From contig JAIPFQ010000001.1 of NCBI GenBank assembly GCA_021736605.1, positions 1 to 54,536 on the forward strand: DNA of 54,536 bases, given 5' to 3'. A program made the position numbers and the translations under genes. This DNA comes from Spirochaetales bacterium (lineage in GTDB: Bacteria; Spirochaetota; Spirochaetia; PWKH01). The notes under the pieces are model-generated. The model did no database searches and was not told the origin of the DNA. It saw nothing but the letters and a program-made list of their open reading frames with translations. Shown here one piece after another: positions 7,575 to 16,885 of the stretch (the first letter of the stretch is position 1; every line of letters starts with the position of its first letter).

Positions 7575-8984
7575 TTAAAATTCTGCATTCTGCACAGTTC
7601 GTGGAAATGGGATCACATCACGAATATTCTGCATACCCGTTACATACTGAATAACCCTTTCAAATCCAAGACCGAATCCAGCATGGGGAACTGAACCATA
7701 GCGACGCAGATCAAGATACCACCAGTAATCTTTTTCATTAAGCCCCTGTTCCTTAATGCGCCTTAAAAGAACATCATATCTATTCTCTCGTTCGCTGCCT
7801 CCGATGATTTCTCCGAGCCTGGGGACAAGCACATCCATAGCTCTAACAGTTTTCTCATCGTCATTAAGCCGCATATAAAAGGCTTTGATTTCTCTGGGAT
7901 AGTCAGTAACTGTAACAGGCCCTTTAAAAACCGTTTCCGTCAAGTATCTTTCATGTTCTGACTGCAGATCATCTCCCCAGGAAACGGGGAACTCGAAATC
8001 TTGTTTTGATCGCTCCAGTTCTTTGATGGCTTCAGTATAAGGGAGGTGAGTGAACTTTGAATTGACTACGTGTTCTAGAGAGTCTTTTACGCCCTTCTGA
8101 ATCCACTTGTTGAAAAAATCCATATCCTCTTCACAGTGATTCAATACGTAGGAAAAGATATATTTAAGGAACTCTTCAGCCAAAGCCATATCTCCATCCA
8201 GGGTGCAGAATGCCATTTCCGGTTCTACCATCCAGAATTCCGAAAGATGGCGGCTGGTATTTGAGTTTTCAGCACGGAAAGTCGGCCCGAAGGTATAGAC
8301 ATTCTTCAAGGCAAGAGCATATATTTCCGCCTCAAGCTGTCCGCTTACCGTGAGGTTTGCAGGTTTACCAAAGAAATCTTTCGAAAAATCAACCTTCCCG
8401 CCTTCCTTTCCCTCTTCTTTGGGAACCTGGTTCAGGGGAAGGGTAGTGACTTGAAACATTTCTCCAGCCCCTTCACAGTCAGAAGTTGTAATGATGGGGG
8501 TATGGATATAGAGAAACCCCTTTTCCTGAAAAAATGAGTGAACGGCATAGCTTAACGCATTACGAACACGAGTGACAGCTCCGAAGGTATTTGTCCGGGG
8601 ACGAAGGTGGGCTATTTCACGGAGGAATTCAAATGAGTGCCGTTTCTTCTGCAGGGGATACGTATCAACTGGAGCATCTCCCACCAGCTCAACGGTTTTT
8701 GCCTGCAGTTCCACTTTCTGGTTTTTACCGGGAGATTCCACGAGGATTCCAGTGAATCGAACACTGGCTCCGGTGGAAATAGCCTGAATTGTAGAGATGA
8801 CGGAAGCATCCTGTTTATCAAGGATGACCTGGAGATTTTTCAAACTGGATCCGTCATTCATCTCGAAAAAACAGAAATTTTTTGAATCCCGCTTTGTACG
8901 AATCCAGCCCTCCGCATTGATTGTTTCTTCATCCGGATCCCTATGTAAAAGCTGGCTGATTCTCATTGAATTAAACATCTGCAT
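7575..8984 (-). CDS. asnS: Asparagine--tRNA ligase
   Basis: ORF 7575..9221 trimmed to ATG 8984, with an AAGGAGAGAT RBS directly upstream. [13 protein letters not shown]...[23 protein letters not shown] aligns with the AsnRS N-terminus. Class II motifs are present ([21 protein letters not shown] and the C-terminal GFGLGFERV). Confidence 0.9.
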   Translation of the reverse strand: MQMFNSMRISQLLHRDPDEETINAEGWIRTKRDSKNFCFFEMNDGSSLKNLQVILDKQDASVISTIQAISTGASVRFTGILVESPGKNQKVELQAKTVELVGDAPVDTYPLQKKRHSFEFLREIAHLRPRTNTFGAVTRVRNALSYAVHSFFQEKGFLYIHTPIITTSDCEGAGEMFQVTTLPLNQVPKEEGKEGGKVDFSKDFFGKPANLTVSGQLEAEIYALALKNVYTFGPTFRAENSNTSRHLSEFWMVEPEMAFCTLDGDMALAEEFLKYIFSYVLNHCEEDMDFFNKWIQKGVKDSLEHVVNSKFTHLPYTEAIKELERSKQDFEFPVSWGDDLQSEHERYLTETVFKGPVTVTDYPREIKAFYMRLNDDEKTVRAMDVLVPRLGEIIGGSERENRYDVLLRRIKEQGLNEKDYWWYLDLRRYGSVPHAGFGLGFERVIQYVTGMQNIRDVIPFPRTVQNAEF

Positions 8985-9089
8985 ATCTCTCCTTCTGTAT
9001 ATTTTACACATAGTGTTCTTGATTAAAAAAAATCTCCTGTTTACATTAGTATAATGTAGTGGATCTTTCAATATGAGGTGTGAAAAGTT

Positions 9090-9434
9090 TTGGTAACACA
9101 AATATTCGGCAGAAAAAAAAGTAAAGATACTCAAAAGGCTGTACGTTTTTTTAAGGAACGAAAAATTCCTGTTCAGCTTATTGATGTAGATGAAAAAATG
9201 CTTTCCCAAGGAGAGCTGCAATCAATTCTTCGGTATTACAGTCCTGAGGAATTGATTGATAAGGAAGCTAAGATCTATAAAAAACGGGGATATGCCTATA
9301 TGGATTTTGATCCCTTGGAAGAGATTTTTGAATATCCTGAATTACTTAAAGTTCCTATTCTGCGAATGGATAGCGGTGTTCTGCTTGGGTATGATGAACA
9401 GCAGTACAGGATATTACTTAAAGAAAAACCTTGA
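9090..9434 (+). CDS. ArsC/Spx/YffB-fold family protein, cysteine-free
   Basis: 114 aa. The TTG start lies 9 nt after [35 protein letters not shown] matches the ArsC-family N-terminal pattern, but the catalytic Cys position is Ser and the whole protein contains no Cys. Confidence 0.55.
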   Translation: MVTQIFGRKKSKDTQKAVRFFKERKIPVQLIDVDEKMLSQGELQSILRYYSPEELIDKEAKIYKKRGYAYMDFDPLEEIFEYPELLKVPILRMDSGVLLGYDEQQYRILLKEKP

Positions 9435-9602
9435 AACAGTTAAGCAGTCATCCTTACAATGTGATTTTCTTATAAACACTCCCAAACTAGCTGCAATTGG
9501 TAAAATACAATTTTTTCCTCGACAGAAGACTTCCTGTATGCATATATTGTAGATAGGGTTATAATAAGTTTTGGGGAAAACACATAAAAGGAAAAATCAA
9601 TT

Positions 9603-11255
9603 ATGATACATTTAGAAAAATATACTCTGGCGGAACTTTTTGAGAAAAGTACTGCCGCTTACGCGGATCAGCCATTCGGAGGCTTTATTGACGAGGAGCA
9701 GATTACATATAAAGAGTGGGAGCAGCATGCTCTCCATGTGAAAAAGTATCTTGAAGCAAGCAGGCTTGGAAAAAACAATAATATTGCCCTTCTGGGTGAA
9801 AATTCACCTGCGTGGAGTGCAGCCTATTTCGGAATTGTCCTCTCCGGTAACGTTGCTGTGCCTATATTGCCGGATTTTACTCAGAAAGAGGTACAGAATA
9901 TTCTTGAACATGCTGAAGCAGAACAAATTTTTGTATCAAAGAAACAGGTGAAAAAGGTAAAAGAAGTTTTTTCGAATGATCAGGCTATTGTGCTCCTTGA
10001 TGAACTGCTTCAGGAAAAGGAGCATGGCGAAAGCTCATTGGCGCTTAAGGGCTGCGAAGGTATCACCAAAGACACATTGGCCAGTATAATCTATACTTCC
10101 GGAACCACAGGTGTTTCAAAGGGAGTTATGCTGACCCACGGGAATCTCTGTTCCAATGCTATGATATCTTCCACATCTTTTATAAAAATTCTTCCTGAAG
10201 ATAATATGCTCTCTGTTCTGCCCATGTCCCACTCGTATGAATTTACCATTGGACTGCTGCTGGGAATGATTGGAGGAGTACATTTTAACTATTTACGGAA
10301 GCCGCCATCTGCAAGTATGCTCCTGCCAGCATTGAAAAAAGTCAGACCCCAAATTATGCTGTCTGTTCCGCTGCTTATTGAAAAACTCTATCGAGCTTCC
10401 GTCCTCCCGAAAATTGAAAAGAAGAAAATTCTAAAAATGCTCTATAAAATAAGTCTTTTCAGAAAAATGATTAATAGGAAAGTTGGAAAACAGCTGAAAG
10501 AAGTTTTCGGCGGACGGCTTAAGTTTTTCGGGATCGGTGGAGCCCCCTTGGATCCTATGGTTGAGCGTTTTCTTTTTGAAGCCAAATTCCCCTACGGAAT
10601 TGGATACGGTCTGACCGAGACAGCACCGCTCCTGGCTGGATGTGCCCCTGGATGGACAAAAATAGCATCAACCGGAAAGGTTCTGGACAATGTCCAAATG
10701 AGAGTGCAGAAAGAGCAGGATGAAGAGGTTCAGGCTTCTGAAGATACTCAAGATGGTGAAATTCAGGTTAAAGGGCCTAATGTTATGCTGGGGTACTATA
10801 AAAATCCTGAAGAGACAAAAAAGGTTTTCACTGAAGACGGCTGGTTTAAAACAGGTGATCTGGGAGTGTTTGATAAAAAGGGCTATCTCTTCATAAAAGG
10901 AAGGAAGAAAAACATGATCCTCGGGCCGAGCGGTGAAAATATCTATCCGGAGCTGATTGAGAATATGCTGAATAATTATGATTTTGTCGAAGAATCACTG
11001 GTACTGTCTTCCAATGAGGGTATAACTGCGAGGATTAAGATTGATGTGGAAGAGTATGCCAAAAACTTCAGAGTATCTGCGGATCAGGCCGGGGAACATG
11101 TGAAGGAATATCTTGATAATATCAGAAAAAGGGTAAATAAGGAGCTCAATGTCTTTTCTAAAATTAATCATGTAATACATCAGAAAGAGTCTTTCATCAG
11201 GACCCCAACTAAGAAAATAAAACGATATCTCTATGATATAATGCATAAAAAATAA
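9603..11255 (+). CDS. AMP-dependent acyl-CoA synthetase (long-chain-fatty-acid--CoA ligase-like)
   Basis: 550 aa. The AMP-binding signature is IIYTSGTTGVSKGVMLTHGNL. GYGLTETAP and TGDLG blocks are also present. Confidence 0.85.
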   Translation: MIHLEKYTLAELFEKSTAAYADQPFGGFIDEEQITYKEWEQHALHVKKYLEASRLGKNNNIALLGENSPAWSAAYFGIVLSGNVAVPILPDFTQKEVQNILEHAEAEQIFVSKKQVKKVKEVFSNDQAIVLLDELLQEKEHGESSLALKGCEGITKDTLASIIYTSGTTGVSKGVMLTHGNLCSNAMISSTSFIKILPEDNMLSVLPMSHSYEFTIGLLLGMIGGVHFNYLRKPPSASMLLPALKKVRPQIMLSVPLLIEKLYRASVLPKIEKKKILKMLYKISLFRKMINRKVGKQLKEVFGGRLKFFGIGGAPLDPMVERFLFEAKFPYGIGYGLTETAPLLAGCAPGWTKIASTGKVLDNVQMRVQKEQDEEVQASEDTQDGEIQVKGPNVMLGYYKNPEETKKVFTEDGWFKTGDLGVFDKKGYLFIKGRKKNMILGPSGENIYPELIENMLNNYDFVEESLVLSSNEGITARIKIDVEEYAKNFRVSADQAGEHVKEYLDNIRKRVNKELNVFSKINHVIHQKESFIRTPTKKIKRYLYDIMHKK

Positions 11256-11293
11256 AAATATGATACAAACTTGGTAACAAGGGAGTATCTAAG

Positions 11294-12349
11294 ATGAAAC
11301 ATATCAATGATCTGCATATACATCGGGTTGATAAGCTGGCTTCTCCTCATGAAATAAAGGAGAAAGTGCAGGTTTCCGAAGAACAGTTAATTCAGATAGA
11401 GGGCTGGCGGAAACAAGTTCGGGATATCATTCTCAGAAAAGATAAGCGAATCATCGGCATTATCGGGCCATGTTCTATTCACGACGAAAAAGGGGCCTAT
11501 GATTATGCTCGGCGCCTCAAGAAACTAGCTGATGAGGTGAGTGATGAGATATTTATCATCATGCGCTCTTATTTTGAAAAGCCCAGAACGATGCTCGGTT
11601 GGCGAGGGCTTGTTATTGATCCGAGACTCGATGAAAGTTACGATATTGAATACGGTATACAGCTGGCTAGAAAAATACTGCTGGAGATCTCCCGTATCGG
11701 TCTCCCTGTAGCTAACGAAATTCTGGATCCTATTATTCCTCAATATATTGATGATCTTGTCAGTTGGGCTGCAATTGGGGCGAGGACAACAGAAAGTCAG
11801 GTTCACAGAAGTCTTGCCAGCGGGCTCTCTTTCCCCGTGGGTTTTAAAAACAGTACTTCCGGAAATTTGAGGAATGCTGTAAATGCCGTTAAAACCGCCG
11901 CCAATGCTTCCAGCTTTATTGGAATTGACGGGGACGGCAACTCTTCCATCATGAGAACAACGGGTAACGATACTTGTCATCTTATTCTTCGCGGGGGGAG
12001 TTCCAGCCCGAATTACTATGAAGAGGATGTTGAGGACGCTGAAAAGATGATGAAGGATATAGGAATTATACCCTCCATTGTAATAGACTGCAGTCATGCA
12101 AATTCAAGGAAGAGAATACATAAGCAGAAACGTGTTTTAAAATCTGTGATTGAGCAGATTGTATATGGAAATACTTCCCTTTCCGGCTTTATGCTGGAAA
12201 GTTATATATATGAGGGTCGGCAGGATATACCTTCAGATAATCTGGATGAGCTGAAATATGGAGTTTCTGTTACCGATTCCTGTATCGGTTTTGAAGAAAC
12301 GGAAAAGATTGTCAGAATGGCGTATAAAGATTTGAAAGGTATGAAATAG
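11294..12349 (+). CDS. 3-deoxy-7-phosphoheptulonate (DAHP) synthase, class I
   Basis: 351 aa. IIGIIGPCSIHD, KPRTMLGWRGL, GARTTESQVHR and IDCSHANS blocks are typical of AroF/G/H-type DAHP synthases. Confidence 0.88.
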   Translation: MKHINDLHIHRVDKLASPHEIKEKVQVSEEQLIQIEGWRKQVRDIILRKDKRIIGIIGPCSIHDEKGAYDYARRLKKLADEVSDEIFIIMRSYFEKPRTMLGWRGLVIDPRLDESYDIEYGIQLARKILLEISRIGLPVANEILDPIIPQYIDDLVSWAAIGARTTESQVHRSLASGLSFPVGFKNSTSGNLRNAVNAVKTAANASSFIGIDGDGNSSIMRTTGNDTCHLILRGGSSSPNYYEEDVEDAEKMMKDIGIIPSIVIDCSHANSRKRIHKQKRVLKSVIEQIVYGNTSLSGFMLESYIYEGRQDIPSDNLDELKYGVSVTDSCIGFEETEKIVRMAYKDLKGMK

Positions 12350-12388
12350 AAACTTGTAATGAAATAAATTGCTTTAAAGGAGGTCTCT

Positions 12389-12940
12389 ATGAAGAAGGTA
12401 AGTGTTCTTTTGGCAGAGGGTTTTGAAGAAATCGAGGCAATAACACCGATAGATATGCTTCGTCGCGCCGAAATCGATGTAACTGTTACAGGTGTTAGCG
12501 GCAGGCAGGTTACAGGTGCTCATGGAGTTTCCATTGAAACTGATGCAGAAATTGAGAATATTAATTTCAGCGATTTTGATTGTGTTGTTCTTCCTGGTGG
12601 TATGCCTGGAGCAAAAAATCTAGCAAATTCAGAGATGACGGTGGATTTCTTCAGTAAGATGTTTGCTGATGGTAAACTTATCGCTGCTATATGTGCTGCT
12701 CCTGCTGTTGTTCTTGGACCGAACGGTATTTTGCGTGATAAGAAAGCGGTATGCTACCCTGGAGCGGAAAGCTTTTCTCCGGATATTGAATTCAGTGATG
12801 AACGATGCGTACGCGATGGAAACCTTATCACAGCTCAGGGACCGGGAACGGCAGCTGAATTCAGTTATGCAGTGATCGAAGTTCTTAAAGGTGAGAAAAC
12901 TGCCTATGAAGTGAAGAAACACGCACTGTTCTTATTCTAG
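12389..12940 (+). CDS. DJ-1/PfpI/ThiJ family protein
   Basis: 183 aa. VLLAEGFEEIEA..., VVLPGG and the nucleophile-elbow AAICAAP are present. Confidence 0.85.
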   Translation: MKKVSVLLAEGFEEIEAITPIDMLRRAEIDVTVTGVSGRQVTGAHGVSIETDAEIENINFSDFDCVVLPGGMPGAKNLANSEMTVDFFSKMFADGKLIAAICAAPAVVLGPNGILRDKKAVCYPGAESFSPDIEFSDERCVRDGNLITAQGPGTAAEFSYAVIEVLKGEKTAYEVKKHALFLF

Positions 12941-13166
12941 TGCAGCTTTATTATTTTTCACAATCACCGAGCTCCATCTCAGCCGTCATGGGTTAAGGAA
13001 CGCTGAAAATTTTTTTCCTTTAGTGAGACTTCATTTTTTTATGTGAAGGTGAAATACTTCAGAAAAATGCATTTTGTAAATGCAGAAATGTTTACACCAT
13101 GTTCGGCTGAGTAGACTATCGCAGTAAGACTAGTATTGATCTGTTTAAACTGCTTTTTAGCGTTGT

Positions 13167-13227
13167 AACCAACGACCCAACAACCTAACAAACCACCTAA
13201 CCAACGAACCAACGAACCAACGAACAA
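13167..13227. repeat. C/A-only degenerate octamer tract (CCAACNAA), ending in 3 perfect CCAACGAA copies
   Basis: The tract reads aaccaacgacccaacaacctaacaaaccacctaa, followed by CCAACGAA at 13201-08, 13209-16 and 13217-24. It lies about 100 nt upstream of the ROK regulator start. Confidence 0.85.
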
Positions 13228-13275
13228 AAGCTGCAGAAATAAAATGAAATATTTATTATTGACAACTGTGAATTA

Positions 13276-13288
13276 CCATGAGAAACTA
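13276..13288 (+). promoter_or_regulatory. Box CCATGAGAAACTA, copy 1 (upstream of ROK gene)
   Basis: An identical 13-mer recurs at 14495-14507. Here it ends 40 nt before ATG 13329 and runs into the palindrome AACTATAGTT. Confidence 0.4.
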
Positions 13289-13328
13289 TAGTTGGTTTAA
13301 AAATCAACCAACCAGAAAAGCAGGTAAC

Positions 13329-14489
13329 ATGAAAAGGACAAAAATAATAAACCGCTCTCGGATTATGAGAGAAATATGGATACACAGAGAAACAAGCCGT
13401 ATAGATATAGCTAGATCTTTAGAACTCGATAAATCAACAATTTCGAATAATGTTAATGAACTGCTGCAGCTTGGAATTATTCTTGAAACGAGAGAGGGGA
13501 GTTCTAGTCCGCTAGGTGGAAGAAAACCTGTACATTTGAAACTGAATAAGCATTATGGAATAGTTTTAGGTTTAGAACTTCGTCCTGACTCCTATACTGC
13601 AGTTGCAGTTGATCTTGAAGGAGAAATTGTTTTTTCAAAATATGAAAAATCACACATTAATGGTTTGAATTTTAAAGAAAAATTCATGGATATAGTTTGT
13701 AAACTGCGAAAAGAAATAAATCCCATGCAGATGAAACTCTTGGGGATTGGAATTGGAGTATCCGGTGTCGTTAATATGAAAGAGGGAATCATAAAGTACT
13801 CAATTCCGATGGAAATAAAAAGCGCTTATAATTTCTATCAGCAAATAGATGGTGAAATAGATGTACCTGTATTTATTGATAACGATGCAAATGCTTCCGT
13901 TTGGGGTGAAATAGCTTTTCATCGAAGAAAAGAACTGAAAGATTTTATCTACCTCCTTCTTGAAATTCGTGAACAGGAGGAATTGACGAATATAGACTGT
14001 AATACGATCGGAGTAGGGTTGGGGCTGGTGCTGAATGGTAATGTTCATTACGGGCACAACTATTCCGCTGGAGAATTCAGAAGCCTTTTCAGACATAATA
14101 ATTCAACTGGACAGTTTTCTTTAACAGTCGATGAGCAGCGGCAAGTTCTGTATGACAAAGAGATGTGGAGGAGCTTTCTTCATGAACTAGGTGCCCACAT
14201 TTCATTAATTGTTAATACATTTAACCTGACTCATATCATTCTTGGGGGGCAGTTCGGAAGATATGATCAGGAAGTGGCGGAAATATTTGAGGAAGAGATT
14301 AAAAAGAACTGGCCGTATCCATATGCGTATGAAGTAAAAAAGAACATCTGGCTCTCCTCGTTTGGAGACCAGGCTGTCGCCTATGGAGCAGCGGGTATGG
14401 TTCTGAATAAATTGTTCAGTGATTTGGAAATTTTGGAAGAATATACTGGACACATTGATCTTCAGTCAGAAGCCGGTTTAATCACCTAG
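13329..14489 (+). CDS. ROK family transcriptional regulator
   Basis: ORF 13278..14489 trimmed to ATG 13329. The N-terminal winged helix is SRIDIARSLELDKSTISNNVNELLQLGII. A ROK sugar-kinase-like body follows, with GIGIGVSGVV and DNDANASVWGE. Confidence 0.8.
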   Translation: MKRTKIINRSRIMREIWIHRETSRIDIARSLELDKSTISNNVNELLQLGIILETREGSSSPLGGRKPVHLKLNKHYGIVLGLELRPDSYTAVAVDLEGEIVFSKYEKSHINGLNFKEKFMDIVCKLRKEINPMQMKLLGIGIGVSGVVNMKEGIIKYSIPMEIKSAYNFYQQIDGEIDVPVFIDNDANASVWGEIAFHRRKELKDFIYLLLEIREQEELTNIDCNTIGVGLGLVLNGNVHYGHNYSAGEFRSLFRHNNSTGQFSLTVDEQRQVLYDKEMWRSFLHELGAHISLIVNTFNLTHIILGGQFGRYDQEVAEIFEEEIKKNWPYPYAYEVKKNIWLSSFGDQAVAYGAAGMVLNKLFSDLEILEEYTGHIDLQSEAGLIT

Positions 14490-14494
14490 AAAAG

Positions 14495-14507
14495 CCATGA
14501 GAAACTA
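14495..14507 (+). promoter_or_regulatory. Box CCATGAGAAACTA, copy 2 (upstream of ABC binding-protein gene)
   Basis: The same 13-mer as at 13276-13288. It starts 6 nt after the ROK stop and ends 54 nt before ATG 14562. Confidence 0.4.
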
Positions 14508-14561
14508 CATTGAAAAATGCTCTTCCGTTGGGAGAGTTTATGAATAAAGGAGGATGTTTTT

Positions 14562-15851
14562 ATGAAAAAAACATTGATAATGCTTTTTGTTATTCTGATC
14601 TGTTCGCCCTTATTTGTTGGTGCGCAAGGGCAGCAGGATGCAGGGCAGACATCTGATAAGGTTGTGATTGACGTAATGGCATATGGCGACAATTCTAACC
14701 AGGAAGGTGTCAGCTGGAAGCGTATTGTGGATACTTTTGAACAGAATAATCCCAATATCGAAATTGATTATGAACTGCTCTATGATGAAGCGTATCATCA
14801 GAAAGTAGTAGCTCGTCTTGCCGCCGGTGATGTTCCCGACATGGCATACATGGGCGCTGACGCCAGATGGGGGGCTCCATGGAAAGAGGCTGGGGAGCAA
14901 TGGGACCATCGAGATTTTCTTGATCCAATGTACGATCGTGAACTTATTCCTGCCATGGGGCCGAATGGTGAAATTTATGAAATTCCCCTTGGTACATCAA
15001 ACATAACAACTGTTCTCTATATGAATAAGGATTTGGTTGAATCTCTTGGTTTTTCTACTCCGGAAACCTATGAAGATATCGTCGATATGGTTCCTGCTGC
15101 TAGAAAGGCAGGCTTGGATGTTATCACCATAGATGGAGCCGACGGCTGGGCTTGGGGATCCTGTCTGCTTTCTGCAGTTATTGCCCGCATGTCCGGTGAT
15201 CCTCAGTGGGTATCTAAAGCAGTTGCCGGTGAAAATCATTTTGATGATCCTGCAATGGTTAAATCCCTGGAGTTTATTGAACAAATGGTTGATGACGGGG
15301 TTATTACAAAGAAATCCGTTCTAGTTGATTATGGAGCCAACACCTCAAAATACAATAATAAAGGTGCTTTATTTATGATACAGGGGCAATGGGTTGCGGG
15401 ATCAATTGAAAATCCGGAAGTTAAAGCTGCTACCCACCTCTTGGCGTGGCCGGAATTACCAGGAGAAAAAGAAGCTGCTGCAGGATCAGTTGCGGCGGCA
15501 ATTCAGGTTGGCTATGGAATAACCCAAACAGGAGCTTCAAAACCTGAAGTCCGTGATGCAGCACTGAAGTTTCTCAACTATTTCTACTCAGAACCTGAAT
15601 CTACCCAGCGTTTGCGCGATGGTGCGATTATTGCTCCTATTCTTAAAGATTACCAGGTACCCGAAGATATTCAACCTATTGTAAAACGCAAAGTTGAACT
15701 TGCACAAACTGCTTCTTACACAGAAGTAATTGATGCTTTCTTGACTGGACCTCCAAATGATGCATTAAACTCCGGCATGCAGAAAATTGTTGCCGGTCAG
15801 GCAAGTCCGAAAGAAATTGCTGAGGAAGTTGAACGCTTAGCAAGGAAGTGA
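14562..15851 (+). CDS. Sugar ABC transporter substrate-binding protein (family 1 extracellular solute-binding protein)
   Basis: 429 aa. The signal peptide is MKKTLIMLFVILICSPLFVGAQG. Composition is typical of a sugar SBP, an AAGGAGG RBS is present, and two permease genes follow. Confidence 0.8.
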   Translation: MKKTLIMLFVILICSPLFVGAQGQQDAGQTSDKVVIDVMAYGDNSNQEGVSWKRIVDTFEQNNPNIEIDYELLYDEAYHQKVVARLAAGDVPDMAYMGADARWGAPWKEAGEQWDHRDFLDPMYDRELIPAMGPNGEIYEIPLGTSNITTVLYMNKDLVESLGFSTPETYEDIVDMVPAARKAGLDVITIDGADGWAWGSCLLSAVIARMSGDPQWVSKAVAGENHFDDPAMVKSLEFIEQMVDDGVITKKSVLVDYGANTSKYNNKGALFMIQGQWVAGSIENPEVKAATHLLAWPELPGEKEAAAGSVAAAIQVGYGITQTGASKPEVRDAALKFLNYFYSEPESTQRLRDGAIIAPILKDYQVPEDIQPIVKRKVELAQTASYTEVIDAFLTGPPNDALNSGMQKIVAGQASPKEIAEEVERLARK

Positions 15852-15869
15852 GCGTAATTACTTGAAAAT

Positions 15870-15901
15870 AAAGAGGAGAAGGAGTTTTCTTTCTCCTCTT
15901 T
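15870..15901 (+). terminator. Hairpin after the binding-protein gene (partial terminator or mRNA stabiliser)
   Basis: AAAGAGGAGAA (15870-80) pairs with TTCTCCTCTTT (15891-901). The site lies 19 nt after the SBP stop and is followed by a short T-containing tail. Confidence 0.5.
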
Positions 15902-15969
15902 TAACTAAAATTAGAGTTTATAATAGAAGATGATCTCTTTTTTTTGAGTATTTTTTAGGAGTATTTGTT

Positions 15970-16884
15970 TTGAATGCACGTAAACGCAGAGAGTTGCCTG
16001 TCTATTTTGCTTTTATAGGTCCGGCACTTATTGTCTATTTAACTGTTGTTGCCTACCCGGTGTTATATTCGTTATTTCTAAGTTTCTCTGATTTCAACCC
16101 AAATATCGGCGGAACTTGGAATTTTGTTGGATTTACACATTATCATCGAATGATACAGGACCCTAATTTCTGGCACGCCTTAAAAAACAATATGATAGTA
16201 GTAGCTGTCTCTGTTTTCGGCCAGATTCCAATCGGCTTTGTTCTAGCTTATATTTTATATCGGCGGATGGTAAAAGCAAGAATATTTTTTCAATCGATGA
16301 TATTTTTACCGCATTTTTTATCAGTTATAGTTATTGGTACAATTTGGAAACGAATGTTTGAGGCTGATGGTCCCGTATCCGGGATAATTCAATTAGTAAG
16401 CGGAGACCAGACCGCTCAATTCGAGATGATGCTTCATCAGAATCAAATAATGATTCCGATTGGATTTGCATTAATTTGGATTTACACCGGCTTATATATG
16501 ATAATCTTTCTGGCAAATTTACAGAAGATTGAAGAAAGCCTTATTGAGTCAGCTAAAATTGACGGTGCCAGAGAGGCTCAAATCTTTATGAAGATTATTG
16601 TCCCTATTCTGTGGGGAACTATTCTTATTTCCTCGGTACTTGCAATAGCCGGTTCACTTAAAGGATTTGATTTGATTTTTGGTATAACAACCCAGGGACT
16701 TCAAAGACAGAATGCACTTGTGCTTCCCATTTTTATGTATGAAACAGCTTTTCGTGATTATTCAGATCCTATGCGCTTTGCTTATGGAGCAACAATTTCT
16801 AATGCGATTGTTGCAATCAGTCTTTTTATGATTGTAATAAGTAATTTAATCAGCAGAAAATTCAGACCAAATGAGGAAGACTAA
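15970..16884 (+). CDS. Carbohydrate ABC transporter permease (MalF/UgpA-like)
   Basis: 304 aa. The TTG start lies 8 nt after TAGGAG. Multiple TM helices and the EAA-type loop ESAKIDGAREAQIFMKIIVPIL are present. Confidence 0.8.
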   Translation: MNARKRRELPVYFAFIGPALIVYLTVVAYPVLYSLFLSFSDFNPNIGGTWNFVGFTHYHRMIQDPNFWHALKNNMIVVAVSVFGQIPIGFVLAYILYRRMVKARIFFQSMIFLPHFLSVIVIGTIWKRMFEADGPVSGIIQLVSGDQTAQFEMMLHQNQIMIPIGFALIWIYTGLYMIIFLANLQKIEESLIESAKIDGAREAQIFMKIIVPILWGTILISSVLAIAGSLKGFDLIFGITTQGLQRQNALVLPIFMYETAFRDYSDPMRFAYGATISNAIVAISLFMIVISNLISRKFRPNEED

Positions 16885-16885
16885 T

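Noticed and set aside
8985-9221. N-terminal extensions of the ORF-track models for asnS (to 9221), cysS (from 27052), the OMP-like gene (to 5909), recO (from 39906) and lon (TTG 38311)
   Set aside because: The extensions encode hydrophobic or low-complexity sequence absent from the family N-termini. They overlap divergent promoters or neighbouring genes. Internal ATGs with good RBSs align with the expected protein starts.
11525-12097. 190-aa minus-strand ORF inside the DAHP synthase gene
   Set aside because: It is a shadow ORF opposite a gene with strong family signatures.
13039-13385. Two 62-aa minus-strand ORFs across the C/A octamer tract
   Set aside because: Their sequences (for example VRWLGGLLGCWVVG) are simply translations of the repeat, which indicates a non-coding tract.
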